A stretch of 24,422 bases of DNA from Saprolegnia diclina VS20. Lineage: Eukaryota. Positions 1-11,169 of the stretch are shown here, in pieces (position 1 is the stretch's first letter; the number at the start of each line of letters is the position of its first letter). The notes under the pieces are model-generated. The model ran no database searches, was not told where the DNA came from, and saw only the letters and a program-made list of their open reading frames with translations. The stretch is taken from positions 404,326 to 428,747 of the forward strand of contig NW_008246077.1 of the NCBI RefSeq assembly GCF_000281045.1, read 5' to 3'. Position numbers and translations under genes: made by a program.

Positions 1-838
1 TGGGTGCGTGTACAGCCAGATCACCGGAACTTGACTATCTGATGTCGAGGAAATTGATGTCGTCGCGCATTGGCGTATGCTGACAGCAAACACTAGTTCT
101 AGTTCACATTCCATTTTGCATTCTCGTACACATGCCGATGTTCAGGGAATACGGCCTCCCTTCGCATGTGTTTGTGTTGATGGGCAGCCATCCGGTCACG
201 GTCACATTGACCTCAACAAACTGCGTCGCTTTGCCGCCGATCGCAAAGCCTGGAAGGCCTTTACGAAGCATAGGCCTCACTCGCGGCCACAAGCGCCCAT
301 TTGCGACTACAAGAAGACCAAGACGAGCCCCCGCGCCGCCGCCTGCGCAGCCACGGCCCGCGAGCGAATGGAGAAGACGGAAATTGCTAGTCTCTACGTA
401 TGCGAGGTCTTTGTAACATCGAAGATAACGCGAAACGCATACATACTAGGTGCAAAAATACTGACTGCCCCTGGGCACGGGTTCCTGTACAGTCTCATCC
501 CAACGGTCTTCCCGTAGGACGATCTACAACGATGAATCACAACGCCTTGTCCCCGGCCCAGTGGTTCGAGAGCTGACTAGATATGAATATCCAGTGCTCA
601 ACCACTGTATGAGGCATCAACTGCCACAGGTCATCCAGAGACGCCAGCGACTGAGGTAGCGCCAGCGACTGGAGACTACAGTCATAATGGGATTGGCGGA
701 GCTACAAACAAATTGTTCTTCGTTGATCCACGTCAAGGCCGAGCTCGGACCCACACGCCGCGTGGCCTCGAAAGATCGCGATCGGTCCGAGGTGGGGCAA
801 GCCGACACAACCTACGACTGACGCGCACACGCCGCATT

Positions 839-854
839 GCTCATTTTTCTTTTT
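839..854 (+). promoter_or_regulatory. Oomycete Inr+FPR core promoter element
   Basis: GCTCATTTTTCTTTTT matches the oomycete consensus GCTCATTYYNNNWTTY and begins 29 nt upstream of the ATG at 868. Confidence 0.6.
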
Positions 855-867
855 CATTCGACGCTCG

Positions 868-1269
868 ATGCGCTTCAACCAGTTTACGCTTCCAGCAACG
901 GACCTTCCCGCGTCCATTGCGTTTTACTCGCGTCTTGGCTGCTCGCCGATCGTCGTCACGGAAACGTACGCGCGCTTCGAAGACGGCGCGGGTGGCAGCA
1001 CGTTCTCGCTTGAAAAAGTGGACCAAGAGGTCCCCAAAATGCCCGGGCATCACGCCATGACCATGTACTTTGAAGTTGACGACGTGGATGCGACTGTCGC
1101 AGCGCTCTCGGCGCAGGGCGTTGTGTTTGACGAGCTCCCGGAAGACAAGTCGTGGCTCTGGCGCGAGAGTCGCCTTCGCGACCCTGCAGGCAACCGCGTG
1201 TGCTTGTACTATGCTGGCAACCAGCGCCGCTTCCCGCCGTGGCGCGTTGACGGCCGCACAGCTCCGTAA
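868..1269 (+). CDS. VOC / glyoxalase-bleomycin resistance family protein, intronless, 133 aa
   Basis: N-terminal NQFTLPATDLPASIAFYSRLG, then YARFE, MYFEVDDVDATVAALSAQGVVF and WLWRESRLRDPAGNRVCLY, which are typical VOC beta-alpha-beta-beta-beta motifs; C-terminal PPWR. Confidence 0.9.
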   Translation: MRFNQFTLPATDLPASIAFYSRLGCSPIVVTETYARFEDGAGGSTFSLEKVDQEVPKMPGHHAMTMYFEVDDVDATVAALSAQGVVFDELPEDKSWLWRESRLRDPAGNRVCLYYAGNQRRFPPWRVDGRTAP

Positions 1270-1302
1270 TCGACCCTTTCAACACGCGTCTATTTTTAGC
1301 GC

Positions 1303-1357
1303 TTCGATTTTTTTGAGTGGGTTCGATATTTGAGTGGGTTCGATATTTGAGTGGGTT
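1303..1357. repeat. 17-bp tandem repeat, ~3 copies (TTCGATATTTGAGTGGG)
   Basis: Exact copies at 1322-1338 and 1339-1355, plus a T-expanded copy at 1303-1321. Lies between two convergent stop codons. Confidence 0.9.
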
Positions 1358-1446
1358 GAATTCGCAGGCGGGTTGACCGTATTGGTACATAAGACAACCT
1401 AGCAGACTGCAACATGCATACCCATATGTTTGGTTATGGACACTTG

Positions 1447-3420
1447 TTAGCTCACGCATGAGCCTTTTGTTGGGCGATACGTGGTCGATTTACCGAGCGT
1501 GGTGTGTGCCGGGGCGGGTTTGAAGTGGTAGTTGTCGATCCACGCTACAATGTGCGGTGGCAAGAGCGCGTGCGGCAGCAACGACGGCATGAGGTCGTAT
1601 ACCGACACGATCGCAATGACGTTCGAGCTTGCATTGGCGGCTGCGTCGCGCGCACTGCCAGGCACATCCTGGGCGATGACTGCAATCTTGTGCGTCACGG
1701 GCGCTTCCTTGATCATGGCGTAGCCGAGCATGGCGATCGTGCTGGGCTTCACAAAGAGCTTGGTGCCGTACTTGATGCAGTCGTTTTCGTACAGTGGCAG
1801 GACCGTCACAAACGACGGTATGAACTGCGTCGCCAAGAAGTCATTTCGCGCAAAGTAGCGCAAGTCCAACAACACACGGCGCTGCAGTAGCATCGGAAGT
1901 ACAATGCTAATGGCCAGTGTTCCAAAGAGGCAATTCAACACCGTGGGTTGCAAGAGCGAGACCGCTGTCGGGACCTCCAAGGTAGCAAACGCGCCAAGTG
2001 CAAAGGCCCGAGTCGTGTTGGGAAGGTGCACGGCGACGTCGGCCGCCGGGAGTCGGCGCCACAGCGGGTCTTGGAGTGTCGCGCGGACGTTTTCAAAGTT
2101 GCACGTCGCAATGACGCTCGAGATCATCGTGCCGAGCAGTAGGAGCGGCGACACGACGCGGATCGCACGGCCGTGGCACCAGCGCGGTGCGGGCACCCGT
2201 TGCAGAAGGATGATGGCCCAGTAGACAAGAAAGACGGGAAACCCACTCACCATGAGCACGGCGACGCAGTGGACGTTAAAGTGGCCCGTTGTCTCCAAGT
2301 ACAGCCGCGTGACTTCGACGTACCCGAGCGAAGGGATGCGCACAATCGTAAGAAAGAACAGCGCGAGGCGTCGGCGCTCCATGCTCGACACAAAGTCGTA
2401 CGTGAGCACGGGCTTGCGACTGAGGACGCCGGACCAGCCCAAGAGCGTTGTAAAGAAATCGCCATTCACCAAGTGCAAGACCACGAGCACCAGTATCGGC
2501 TGCAAGACGACAAAGTCCATATAGTTGGACACCGTGTGCGAGCAGGTCCAGCCGACACCGAGGAGCGACGACGAAGCGATTCCTTTGTAGGTGACAGCGC
2601 CATCATTTAGTGCACTTGGTGCTACAAGCACTTCGGCCACACAGCCGTACGTGCACTCGTACCGCGCACCAATCGGCTGCGACGCAAACGCCCATGTCGA
2701 GTGGTTAAAGCTTGTGCGCCAAGGGGCTGTCTTGCCATCGGACGCGAGAAGCGTCTTGATGACGCTCCCAGACACGGATGTGAGCTTACCGGACGAGTCG
2801 ACGCGGGTTTCGATCGCGCTTTGAGGCGCGTCCATGTAGCTCGAGAGTAAAAAGACGGGTGAGGAATAATTCATTGCAGTCTCGAGAAGCGCGAGCCCCA
2901 GGACGGACGATACCACGGACGATGGGGTGCAGGACACGGGTGGCGCCGATAGTGGAGACAAAAGTAGAAGAATGGCGCCAAACCCAACATCCGCGCCCAT
3001 GACGCACGTCGTGACATGGACGGATGCTGACGGCAGTTGCTGCACGAGTGTCTGCGCGACACTGTGCATGACGTCCGTCATGGCCCGTGTTCGAGGACAC
3101 GTCGCCGTGTCAAAACCGGCAGATGTGAGGACGCACTTGGCTTCAAGAAGCAACCAATCGCGCGCAAACGCTGGCGACGTCGTTGTCGAGTGTCGGTTCC
3201 ATAGTCCATTCGAGTACAAGATGAGGATCGATGTGATAAGGACGGCGACGAGGCTGAACTCGGATGTATTGAGACCGAGTCGCAAGAGCACTGTCCGCTG
3301 AGGCACTTTGGCGCTGTGCTCGATCGTATGTGTCTTCTCCGACTGGCTGGGCGAGTAGATGCTCGACCGACGCGAGTGCAGCGTCGATAGCAGGGACGAC
3401 ACGAGCCGTTGGAGGACCAT
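1447..3420 (-). CDS. Uncharacterised multi-pass transmembrane protein (~657 aa, no intron needed)
   Basis: Long open frame; first ATG at 3420 (the track start at 3429 is GTG). One N-terminal hydrophobic segment, a Cys-containing region, about 5-6 further hydrophobic segments, and a C-terminal tail ENDCIKYGTKLFVKPSTIAMLGY. Confidence 0.8.
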   Translation of the reverse strand: MVLQRLVSSLLSTLHSRRSSIYSPSQSEKTHTIEHSAKVPQRTVLLRLGLNTSEFSLVAVLITSILILYSNGLWNRHSTTTSPAFARDWLLLEAKCVLTSAGFDTATCPRTRAMTDVMHSVAQTLVQQLPSASVHVTTCVMGADVGFGAILLLLSPLSAPPVSCTPSSVVSSVLGLALLETAMNYSSPVFLLSSYMDAPQSAIETRVDSSGKLTSVSGSVIKTLLASDGKTAPWRTSFNHSTWAFASQPIGARYECTYGCVAEVLVAPSALNDGAVTYKGIASSSLLGVGWTCSHTVSNYMDFVVLQPILVLVVLHLVNGDFFTTLLGWSGVLSRKPVLTYDFVSSMERRRLALFFLTIVRIPSLGYVEVTRLYLETTGHFNVHCVAVLMVSGFPVFLVYWAIILLQRVPAPRWCHGRAIRVVSPLLLLGTMISSVIATCNFENVRATLQDPLWRRLPAADVAVHLPNTTRAFALGAFATLEVPTAVSLLQPTVLNCLFGTLAISIVLPMLLQRRVLLDLRYFARNDFLATQFIPSFVTVLPLYENDCIKYGTKLFVKPSTIAMLGYAMIKEAPVTHKIAVIAQDVPGSARDAAANASSNVIAIVSVYDLMPSLLPHALLPPHIVAWIDNYHFKPAPAHTTLGKSTTYRPTKGSCVS

Positions 3421-3509
3421 CGTGCGCACGAGCTTTCTTTTCAGCGACCTTTTTACGGCTAATTAGAGATGAATGCTGGCGGTTGTACAGTCTGTCGCCG
3501 AAAATAACT

Positions 3510-3929
3510 CTATTGTACGATCACCGGCGGAAATAGTTGCAGTGGCAGGACAGTCATGATCGACGGCGGGCGCTCGCCCACGAGGGACTTGTTCCGGGCA
3601 AAAAATGACGTCCAGCGCTGGTGCTGCCACATGGGCACAAGAATACTGTGTCCGACGCAGGCTGCAATCTCTTGAGCAAGCAGCGTCGCCGACAACACCT
3701 CGTTGGTGTCTTGGTTGTAGGCAGACAAAGCTAGAGGGACGACAGGCGCTGCCAGACTGGGTCTTGCTTGGTGCATACTCTTGGAGTTGGTGCCGATGCA
3801 CGTGACAAGTAGAAGCAGCAAAGCGCAAACTCGGGCAGCATCGCAATACAGAGCACCGCGTATATGGAGAACACGTCCAACGACATACGCTTCAGCTTTT
3901 CTTCGCGCATCACGTCGCGTCATCATCAT
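3510..3929 (-). CDS. Possible hypothetical protein (139 aa), doubtful
   Basis: ATG-started ORF filling the gap between two minus-strand genes, with a short hydrophobic stretch. No recognisable motif. Confidence 0.2.
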   Translation of the reverse strand: MMMTRRDARRKAEAYVVGRVLHIRGALYCDAARVCALLLLLVTCIGTNSKSMHQARPSLAAPVVPLALSAYNQDTNEVLSATLLAQEIAACVGHSILVPMWQHQRWTSFFARNKSLVGERPPSIMTVLPLQLFPPVIVQ

Positions 3930-3962
3930 CCACCGAACTTCCTGACGCCATTTTTGTCGATT

Positions 3963-5644
3963 TCAAAAGTTAGCTAGCCCAAAGGTCGACCGCAAAATGT
4001 CATGGCAAATACGTAGTGCAAAGGCCTCTTTGGCAGCGAGCAGGTGCGTTTGAAGCGCCTCTTGTTCATCGGGTGAGAAGGGCGCGTAGATCGCCTCAAA
4101 GTAGGCGCCAGGCGACGCCAACTGCGTAGTGTCGACGATCGTATCGTGGTCATCCCACGCTTCCGTGAGCAGCTCGAGCACTTCAATTCGCGCGTCCTTC
4201 TGCAGCAGCAGCTTCCACGCTTGCGCAAAGCTGGTACTCAGTGCAACACATACGCAGTGGATCTCGGAGGGCGGCACAAGACTCAGCAGCGCCGGTGTCG
4301 TGGTCGCATGTGCTGCCACGTGTGCCGCCATGCCCGTCGGAGAGGTGTCTCTACATTCCGACATGAGCTATGCAATCACTATGGTCGAAATGTACGGAAA
4401 TGGTAGCGACTAGACCATTGAGGGTATAAGCCATCCACACATTTGGCTGAGACCACGTACCATGCCAAGTGTAGCTCGCTGATGAACGAGGTACACCTGC
4501 AGCGCATGCTTTCGGGCGTGCGTCAACATGTCTTCCATAAGCACTGCACATAACAATGTATCAACATATCAAGTGAATGGTACGCGTACCTCGTGCGTAG
4601 TAGGGCTGCATATGCGGGTGCTGGACCAGTGCTGGGCGAAGCCCGTCGAACCAGTAGTTGACTGCAATCGTGAACGGGTCGGACGAGACCTACTTAAACG
4701 GTAGCTAGAAGTATTCTTTGCACTAGAACGTACCTGGTGCCACCACCCTTCGGGAATGAAGAGGGCGTCTAGAGAGCATCATGAGCGTTCGTGGATCGTC
4801 GGTGAGCCGCAAACCGACTTGTCGGGGTCACGGTGAAGGTCGCGTCAGGTGCGCGCGCGTCAAGTTCGTAGAGCGTCAATTGCGCGTGATTGGCGGACTT
4901 TGAGGTGACGGGGTGCGCATCGACGTTTGTCGTCGGCGCAAAGAGCTTGACGTGCTTGGCGCCACGGACCACCGTGAGTACGTTGTCGTACGCGTCATAG
5001 TGCAGTGTCGTGCGGCTCGCTTGCAGCGTCATCCACAAATTCACTTGGGTCAGCGCCATGCCCGCGATCGCCTTTGGTCTATAGTATCACAAGCATCAAC
5101 AAACAAAACGAACGACATGGCCGCAAGGGTATCGTACGGCGGAAAGGTCGAGACCAAGTGCGGTAATACCGCTGGCGTCGCCGGGGCGGTCGAGTGCAGT
5201 GGGCACTGCGCAAGGTAGAACTGAAGCTCGTCTTCCGTGTCCATGAGCCAGTGCGCTTGGCCTCGCCGCTTGGCCTCGTAGTACGCTACAAAGTCGCCTG
5301 CCGACAAGTTCTTAGCTATCGCCATATCCACCGACCACGCACCGAACTTGAGCTCGACGCTTTGACGCAAGCGCACATCTCCCGAGTACGCATCCTATAC
5401 GCCGGTCACCATTGTCGCGTCATCGGCGAGCGCGTACCTCGGCCACGGGCGCACACGCCACGTCCACGACTAATACCACACGCTTCCAGCCTCGTGCTGC
5501 AGAAGAAAAGGGCGTCGCACCTGTCTCGTGGTGCGCTACGAAGCCAGCGCTAGCGAGCAGCGCCGTCGTCGCATCGTCGTCGCCCTGCGCAGCATGGGCA
5601 TGCCATGCCATTGGCAGCAGGCAAGGGCGGCGGTCGGCAAACAT
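3963..5644 (-). CDS. JmjC/cupin-8 Fe(II)/2-oxoglutarate oxygenase, plant JMJ31-like, multi-exon
   Basis: Spliced frames read YSGDVRLRQSVELKFGDFVAYY, QFYLAQCPL, VNLWMTLQASRTTLHYDAYDNVLTVVRGAKHVKLFAP, ALFIPEGWWHQV and TIAVNYWF, with an intact HxD...H triad. It continues HMQPYYARVLMEDML into the 3963-4364 ORF, which is the terminal exon. Example introns: 5520-5470 and 5437-5395. Start codon uncertain. Confidence 0.88.
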
Positions 5645-5697
5645 CGTCCGTCGCGTTATCCGGATGCGGCTGCGGATGTATCTTGTACGGTTGCGCC

Positions 5698-5771
5698 AGC
5701 TTGGTCACAATGTCGGTGCTGTGTTGATGATGACTTGTCGCCGACAAGTCATCAGCACCGTGCCAGAAGCT
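5698..5771. repeat. Inverted repeat / long hairpin
   Basis: Perfect 13-bp arms TGATGACTTGTCG (5728-5740) and CGACAAGTCATCA (5742-5754), extended by CGGTGC/GCACCG (5714-5719 / 5755-5760) and weaker outer pairing. Confidence 0.8.
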
Positions 5772-6008
5772 CGTCAGTTGCGACGGTGGCTCCGGGTTAC
5801 GGCACGTGAACTGCAGCTGGCCACCTCAGTGCGAGCTCGCAGCGCTTCATCGCCCACACCTCGACCTGCAATGGCGCTGGTCGAGTACTGGTGTCGATGA
5901 GCTCATTGGCAGAGGCTCCTGCCGACTCGGACAAACAAGATACTAATCTAGGGTCATATTGTCGTCGGTGGTGGCGCTAAATGTAGACAGTGTTGAGACT
6001 AGAAAGCG

Positions 6009-7647
6009 CTAGAACATTTGCACGCGAAGGCGGCTCGTCAAGTGCGGGCCCACCATGGCGGCAAAGTCGACAAGGTGCTGGAGCACGACAGGATGCAACG
6101 ACGCTCTCGCATCCTTGACGCTGACAACACAGTCGGTAAAGACGAGCTCGATCGCATCGACCGCGTCGTCTTGGGGCGGTGACGCGAGAGTCGTCGCGGG
6201 CGCGAGCTGGACGACCTTGGAGGCGTCGGCATCGGCACGGGCTTGGACGTCGGGTGTCAACGGCACAAACGTCAGCGTCTTTGGGCAGAGGAGCTCGGAC
6301 GGCGTGAAGCGCGCCTTGTACTGCATCTTGACGCAGCTGCCAATGTAGTAGCCCATGTAGTAGTTGCCGCGCGTGCAGCGGGCAATCTCTCGCAGCACCG
6401 AGTACGTCCCGAGCTGGAGGTGGGCGTACTTTGGCTTGTAGAAAAAATACACCGACGACTAGTCCCTCCGACGTTAGACATGGTTGACAGATGGGCATTT
6501 ACCCAGTTGGCGCCGAGGACGTCAATGACGCCAACCGCGACGAGCTCGCCGTCGAGACGGTACAGCTGGAAGAAAGAGCCTTCCGCGGACCCCGGCACCG
6601 CGGGCAGCGGCGACTGGACGAGAAACGACTCGAACGAGGACGGCGTGACGGCATTGTCGTCATGGACGTGGGCTTGGTACGCCTTGTAGACGTCGTAGAT
6701 CTCGGGAGTGTTGACCGGCCGAACGGTCTCGAGCACCCAGTCGCGCTTGCTACTGTGCCTGGGCGACGCAGGTGTTTGCAGCGGCGACGTCGGCGGCGCG
6801 CTAACTAGGGCCGGCTCGTCATCGACGCTAAAATTGAGGAAACCGTTGACGGCCGACACTGTCATGTCGCTGGATGGCAGCGTCATGCGCGCAGCAATGG
6901 CTACTGCGACGTCGGCGGCAGAAATGGACGCTGTCGCATGTTTCTTGAGCTACGCAAGGGATGTGCACCTGAGCAAGGTGCGAAGAATGATCGACGTACG
7001 TAGGCGCTGATCGCGTGGGCCACCGGCGACGTGTACGCCCCTCGATCGATAGCCTTGGAGGCCGTTGCCTTGGTACGCTGCACCTGCACACGACGTCTCT
7101 GAATACGCAAAAGATGTGGCGTAGCTACCTGGATCTTGGGCTGCAAGGTGGTTTTGGCTGCCGCCGTGTCGTCGATCCAGGACTCGAGGTACGCCCACAC
7201 CGCAGTCTCTAGCTGCGTTTGCAGCAGTACACACGTGGGACTCGGTGACGTCTTCTTCGCCTGTGGCCCAGCCTCGTCGTCGTCGTCGGGCCGTTTCCGC
7301 TTCTTGGAGCCATTGCGGTGCTCGAGGAAGGCTTCGAGCTTGCGCTGGACACGGACATGGGCCTTGGAGGGCGTGAACTGCGGCGCGTGCAGGCGGATCG
7401 TATACGGCACGCAGCAGATCTACCTTGCGCTCACACCATGCTTGTGGGCCAGTGACAGCATCCGTACCTCGTCTCGGTCGGGCTGGTAGAGATGCATGCC
7501 AGAGCGGCGCCAGCCTCGGTCAATGAGCGCTTGGTAGTCGTCGATGGCCAGCGAGATTGCCTCGAGGACGTACTGGCGCGACTCCTTCTTCGCCGCGCAG
7601 TACCCGCACTGCGTCGGCCGGCTGCCGTATAGACGCACGACCGACAT
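6009..7647 (-). CDS. ATE1: Arginyl-tRNA--protein transferase 1, multi-exon
   Basis: ATE_N motifs CGYC, YQALIDRGWRRSG and CCVPYTIRL (first intron 7467-7420). ATE_C motifs YKAYQAHVHDD, GSFFQLYRLDGELVAVGVIDVL, SVYFFY...LGTYSVLREI and YYMGYYIGSCVKMQYKARFTPSELLCP. Confidence 0.95.
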
Positions 7648-7816
7648 GGCCCAAATCGAAAAGTTGCGCCTTGAAGTGCTAGCACTCCACTAAGTACGAT
7701 TTATCAACGTGCAGGGCCAACACCAGGTGGGGAAACGCACTTTACAGGACCGCCACTTTTTCATTATTGAATTTTGTGGTAACTACGGCTTTTGTCGGGA
7801 CGGTCGACCGACAACG
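7648..7816. promoter_or_regulatory. Short divergent promoter region between ATE1 and TAF5
   Basis: 169 bp between head-to-head ATGs; AT-richer than the flanks; Inr/FPR-like TTCATTATTGAATTT at about 7760-7774. Confidence 0.55.
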
Positions 7817-10391
7817 ATGCACGGCCCGCCCAACATGGACGAGATGGTCGCTTCGTACCTCACGCTCCGCGGGTACACGGGCAATGGCGCGGGCCCGATG
7901 GGCGTGGGCCGTGGACCTGTCCAGCTCCAAGAGTTTTCGCGCAACATGGGCCTCTCGATGGACGCCTGCGCGGCCAACCACGTGCTCTTCCATGGCATGA
8001 GCAAGGCCGATCCGAACGCATATGAGCATGCGTACTCGAAGCTGCTCCAATGGATCGGCAACGCGCTCGACATGTACAAGCTCGAGCTCCATGCGATCGC
8101 GTTCCCGCTCTTTGTGCACTGCTACCTCGAGCTCGTCGCGAAAGGCTTCACCGAGCCCGCAAAAGCCTTCTTCCGCCGTCATGCCAAAGACCACGAGCGT
8201 CTGCACCGCCTCGAGTTGCGACAGCTCGGCTGCGTCCTCACGCGCGAGCACTTGACGATGAACGAGTTCGCCAAGCAGGTCTTGCATGCCAAGTTTCAGG
8301 TCAAGCTCAGCCTCTTGACATTCCAACTGCTGCACACGTTCTTGAGCGACTACCAAATGTTCTTGCTTCTCTACATCCTCAACGAGCGCGTCAACATTGC
8401 AGTCACGTCCAACCACCCGTCCTTGCTCATCCAGCCGTGCGACTCGACAATGGCGATGGTCGACGAGGACGAGTCGCCCCTCTTTCAAACGTCAGGTACA
8501 TCCCTCATGGTCAACCCATCGTGAAAGCTAATGCGATACAGATGACATCTCGCGCGAGGTCGAGCACACGCCGGACGAGAACCACGTCGCGGCGCAGATC
8601 ACGAGTGGCCCGTACGACATGCACCACATGGTCACGGCCGCAGGTGGCGAGCCGCGCCCGGGCAAAGCCGGCACGCTCGAAGACTTGCACCGTATTCCGA
8701 TCCGGTGGGGTGTCTTCCCGTCACGAAGGGTGAGCGTGCACCGCCAACCCACGTCTTCTCATGAGACGCCGTTAGGTGCCCAAGGCCAACGCGCAGGCGG
8801 GCGGTGACGGCGGTGACGGCGTCGACGCAGGCGAGAATAGCCTCACGTCGCCTCGCCACCCCGACGGTGGTCCCGACGCGGCCTCGCAGGAAGCTGCGGC
8901 CGACAAAGCCAAGCCTGCACCGAAAGCGGTGCGTTCTTCTGTATCCAAGTTCAACCAAGTTGACCGTTGTGGCAGGACGTGGACATGGACGACGGGAGTA
9001 GCAAGCTGCAGGATGGGATCGTAGGCCCAACGCCCGACCGTTCCCAGCCATTCCACGCTGAGATCCTCGAAAAGCTCGTGCTGCGGCAAACCGCAGACCT
9101 CGTGGCCGAGGTGCGTCGTGGAGCATCCCGCATTTATATCAATGTATCAATGCGGTAGGAGCTGCAAAACGTACAGGCGCGGCTCGAGCTCAATAGCGTG
9201 CAGCTGCCGTCGGCGCTCTGCTACACGGTCTGCAACGCGTACGACCACCTGAACAACGTCGCTTTCAACGCGTCTGGGAGCGTCGTTGGCGCTGCCTTTG
9301 ATGATTCGTCCTTCCGCGTGTGGAGCCAAGACGGCAGTGCACTGGGTGGGTTTCCCAACCACAATGACAACACGTACCTCCTACACACTATGGCAGCGCG
9401 GCGCTTTGACGGCAGTTGCGCGTAGGTCGGCCGTGCTGCGTGGCCACTCGGGGCCAGTATATGGCTGCACGTTCACACCGGACTCGCGCTTTGCACTCAC
9501 GAGCTCGGCCGACACGACAATTCGTCTCTGGAGCTTGGCGAGCCGAAGCAACATGGTGCGGACTTGCGATATAGAGGCGTCTTATTGATGCTTGGGTAGG
9601 TGTGCTACCGCGCCCATAGCTACCCGGTGTGGGACGTGGCCATGTCGCCGCTGGGCTACTACTTTGCCTCGGCCTCGATGGACCGCACAGCGCGCCTCTG
9701 GAGCACTGACCGCGTCCAGCCACTGCGCATCTTTGCCGGGCATCTCTCAGACGTCGAGGTACGCCATGTGATGATGTACATGGGTCTGACACCAACGGGA
9801 AGACGGTCGCCTTCCATCCCAACCACAACTATATTGCGACGGGCTCGACAGACAAGTCGGTGCGCATCTGGGACGTGCAGTCGGGGCAGTGCATTCGCGT
9901 CTTTACGGGTCACTACGGCGCCGTGCACACCGTCGCCTTCTCGCCCAACGGCCGATACCTTGCGAGCGCGGGTACGTTGATTACCGCTCATTTGGCGCCA
10001 TGTGTTGAGCGTCTCGTGTGTAGGCGAAGACGCGTTTGTGAACGTGTGGGATTTGCACATGGGGAAGCGCGTCGATACGCTGCTTGGCCATTCCAAGGCC
10101 ATCTACTCGCTCGGGTTTAGCCAAGAGAGCTCTATGATTGTGAGTGGTGGCGCCGACCACACGGTGCGTCTCTGGGACATGCACCGCCTTGGGCACGACG
10201 CCATGTCGGAGAAGCAAGTCGCAGTGCACGTCAAGCAAAAGCGCAAGACCAACCACGTGCACGGCTCCCGCGCGCTCCTCAAGACGTTTACGACCAAGCA
10301 GACGCCCGTCGTCCGCGTCCAGTTTACGCCCCGCAACATGCTCCTCGTCGGCGGCAGCTTCCAGCCGCAGACCGACGACACCTCTGCGTAG
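7817..10391 (+). CDS. TAF5: Transcription initiation factor TFIID subunit 5, multi-exon
   Basis: LisH-like MDEMVASYLTLRGY; TFIID NTD2 YSKLLQWIGNALDMYKLELHAIAFPLFVHCYLELV; LPSALCYT; WD40 repeats LRGHSGPVYG, YRAHSYPVWDV..SPLGYYFASASMDRTARLWSTD, RIFAGHLSDV, FHPNHNYIATGSTDKSVRIWD; C-terminal LLKTFTTKQTPVVRVQFTPRNML. First ATG at 7817. Confidence 0.95.
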
Positions 10392-11169
10392 TTCTATTGA
10401 TTAATCTATCGTGCGCTGTCCGCGTGCCACGTCACGTGGTGGTCCGGTCACCGCACGTTCATAGGTAGGCTGGGCGGGTATAGCCAAAGTGCTGCGGTGC
10501 GGGGACAGTGTACCTTGACGACGCATTGCTGGGAGGCGCGTAGCACAGCGGCGGTCTTGCATGTGGGAATGTGATGCCAGAGCAACGAGCAAACTCACAC
10601 TATTTTTGTTATCTTTCGAGTTCCAACGCTGTGTCCTGATGCGAAACGGATCGCCACCAGTGAGTACGTTAATCACTTTCCGAGAGTAAGAAGATGTATA
10701 CGCGTGCGCAACGAGCCGTCGAGCGAACAGTCACATCGAGCGATCGAGAAGAACGTACGTCGTCGAATGTCGAATATAGGGTCCTCGCATTCATTTTAGT
10801 GTACAGTCGACATACCATTGGTTATAAAGATGCTAAATTGCCGGCAAAAGAGCCAATCAGTAGTCGGCGGCGGCGGGCTGCTGCTGGCGCCGACGCTTGC
10901 TCGGCCCTCGTGCGCAAAAAATCATAGCGCTCGTACTCGGCCCATCGATTAGAGACGCTTGGGGGTGACGGAAAGCGAAGTTTCGCCGCCGTTGACGCCG
11001 TATAGCACCAGATACAAGAGGTGAAAGCTTGACGACTAGTCGGTTAGTTTAACCGGTTATGGTTTCGGCTACAGTGTGGTAAATCCAAAATTCACGTGCA
11101 CGACACATTTCCCACATGTGAAATGGCGGTGGAATTGGTTTGGAAGATTCGGCCTTCCATCTTTTCACG

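Noticed and set aside
1..620. ORFs 77-517 and 132-416 plus GT/AG signals, possibly the 3' end of a spliced gene
   Set aside because: No recognisable motif and no self-consistent exon chain could be built.
1303..1357. Tandem repeats here and at 21345-21393 as CRISPR or telomeric repeats
   Set aside because: No spacers, eukaryotic context, and the units do not match TTTAGGG.
7742..8488. Long antisense or overlapping ORFs (also 13688-14620, 15103-15975, 22156-22890, 20530-21453)
   Set aside because: Shadow frames of GC-rich, codon-biased genes with no domain signal.
10636..10660. CTGATGCGAAAC resembling a hammerhead ribozyme core
   Set aside because: It lacks CUGAnGA and stem II, and flanking helices are absent.
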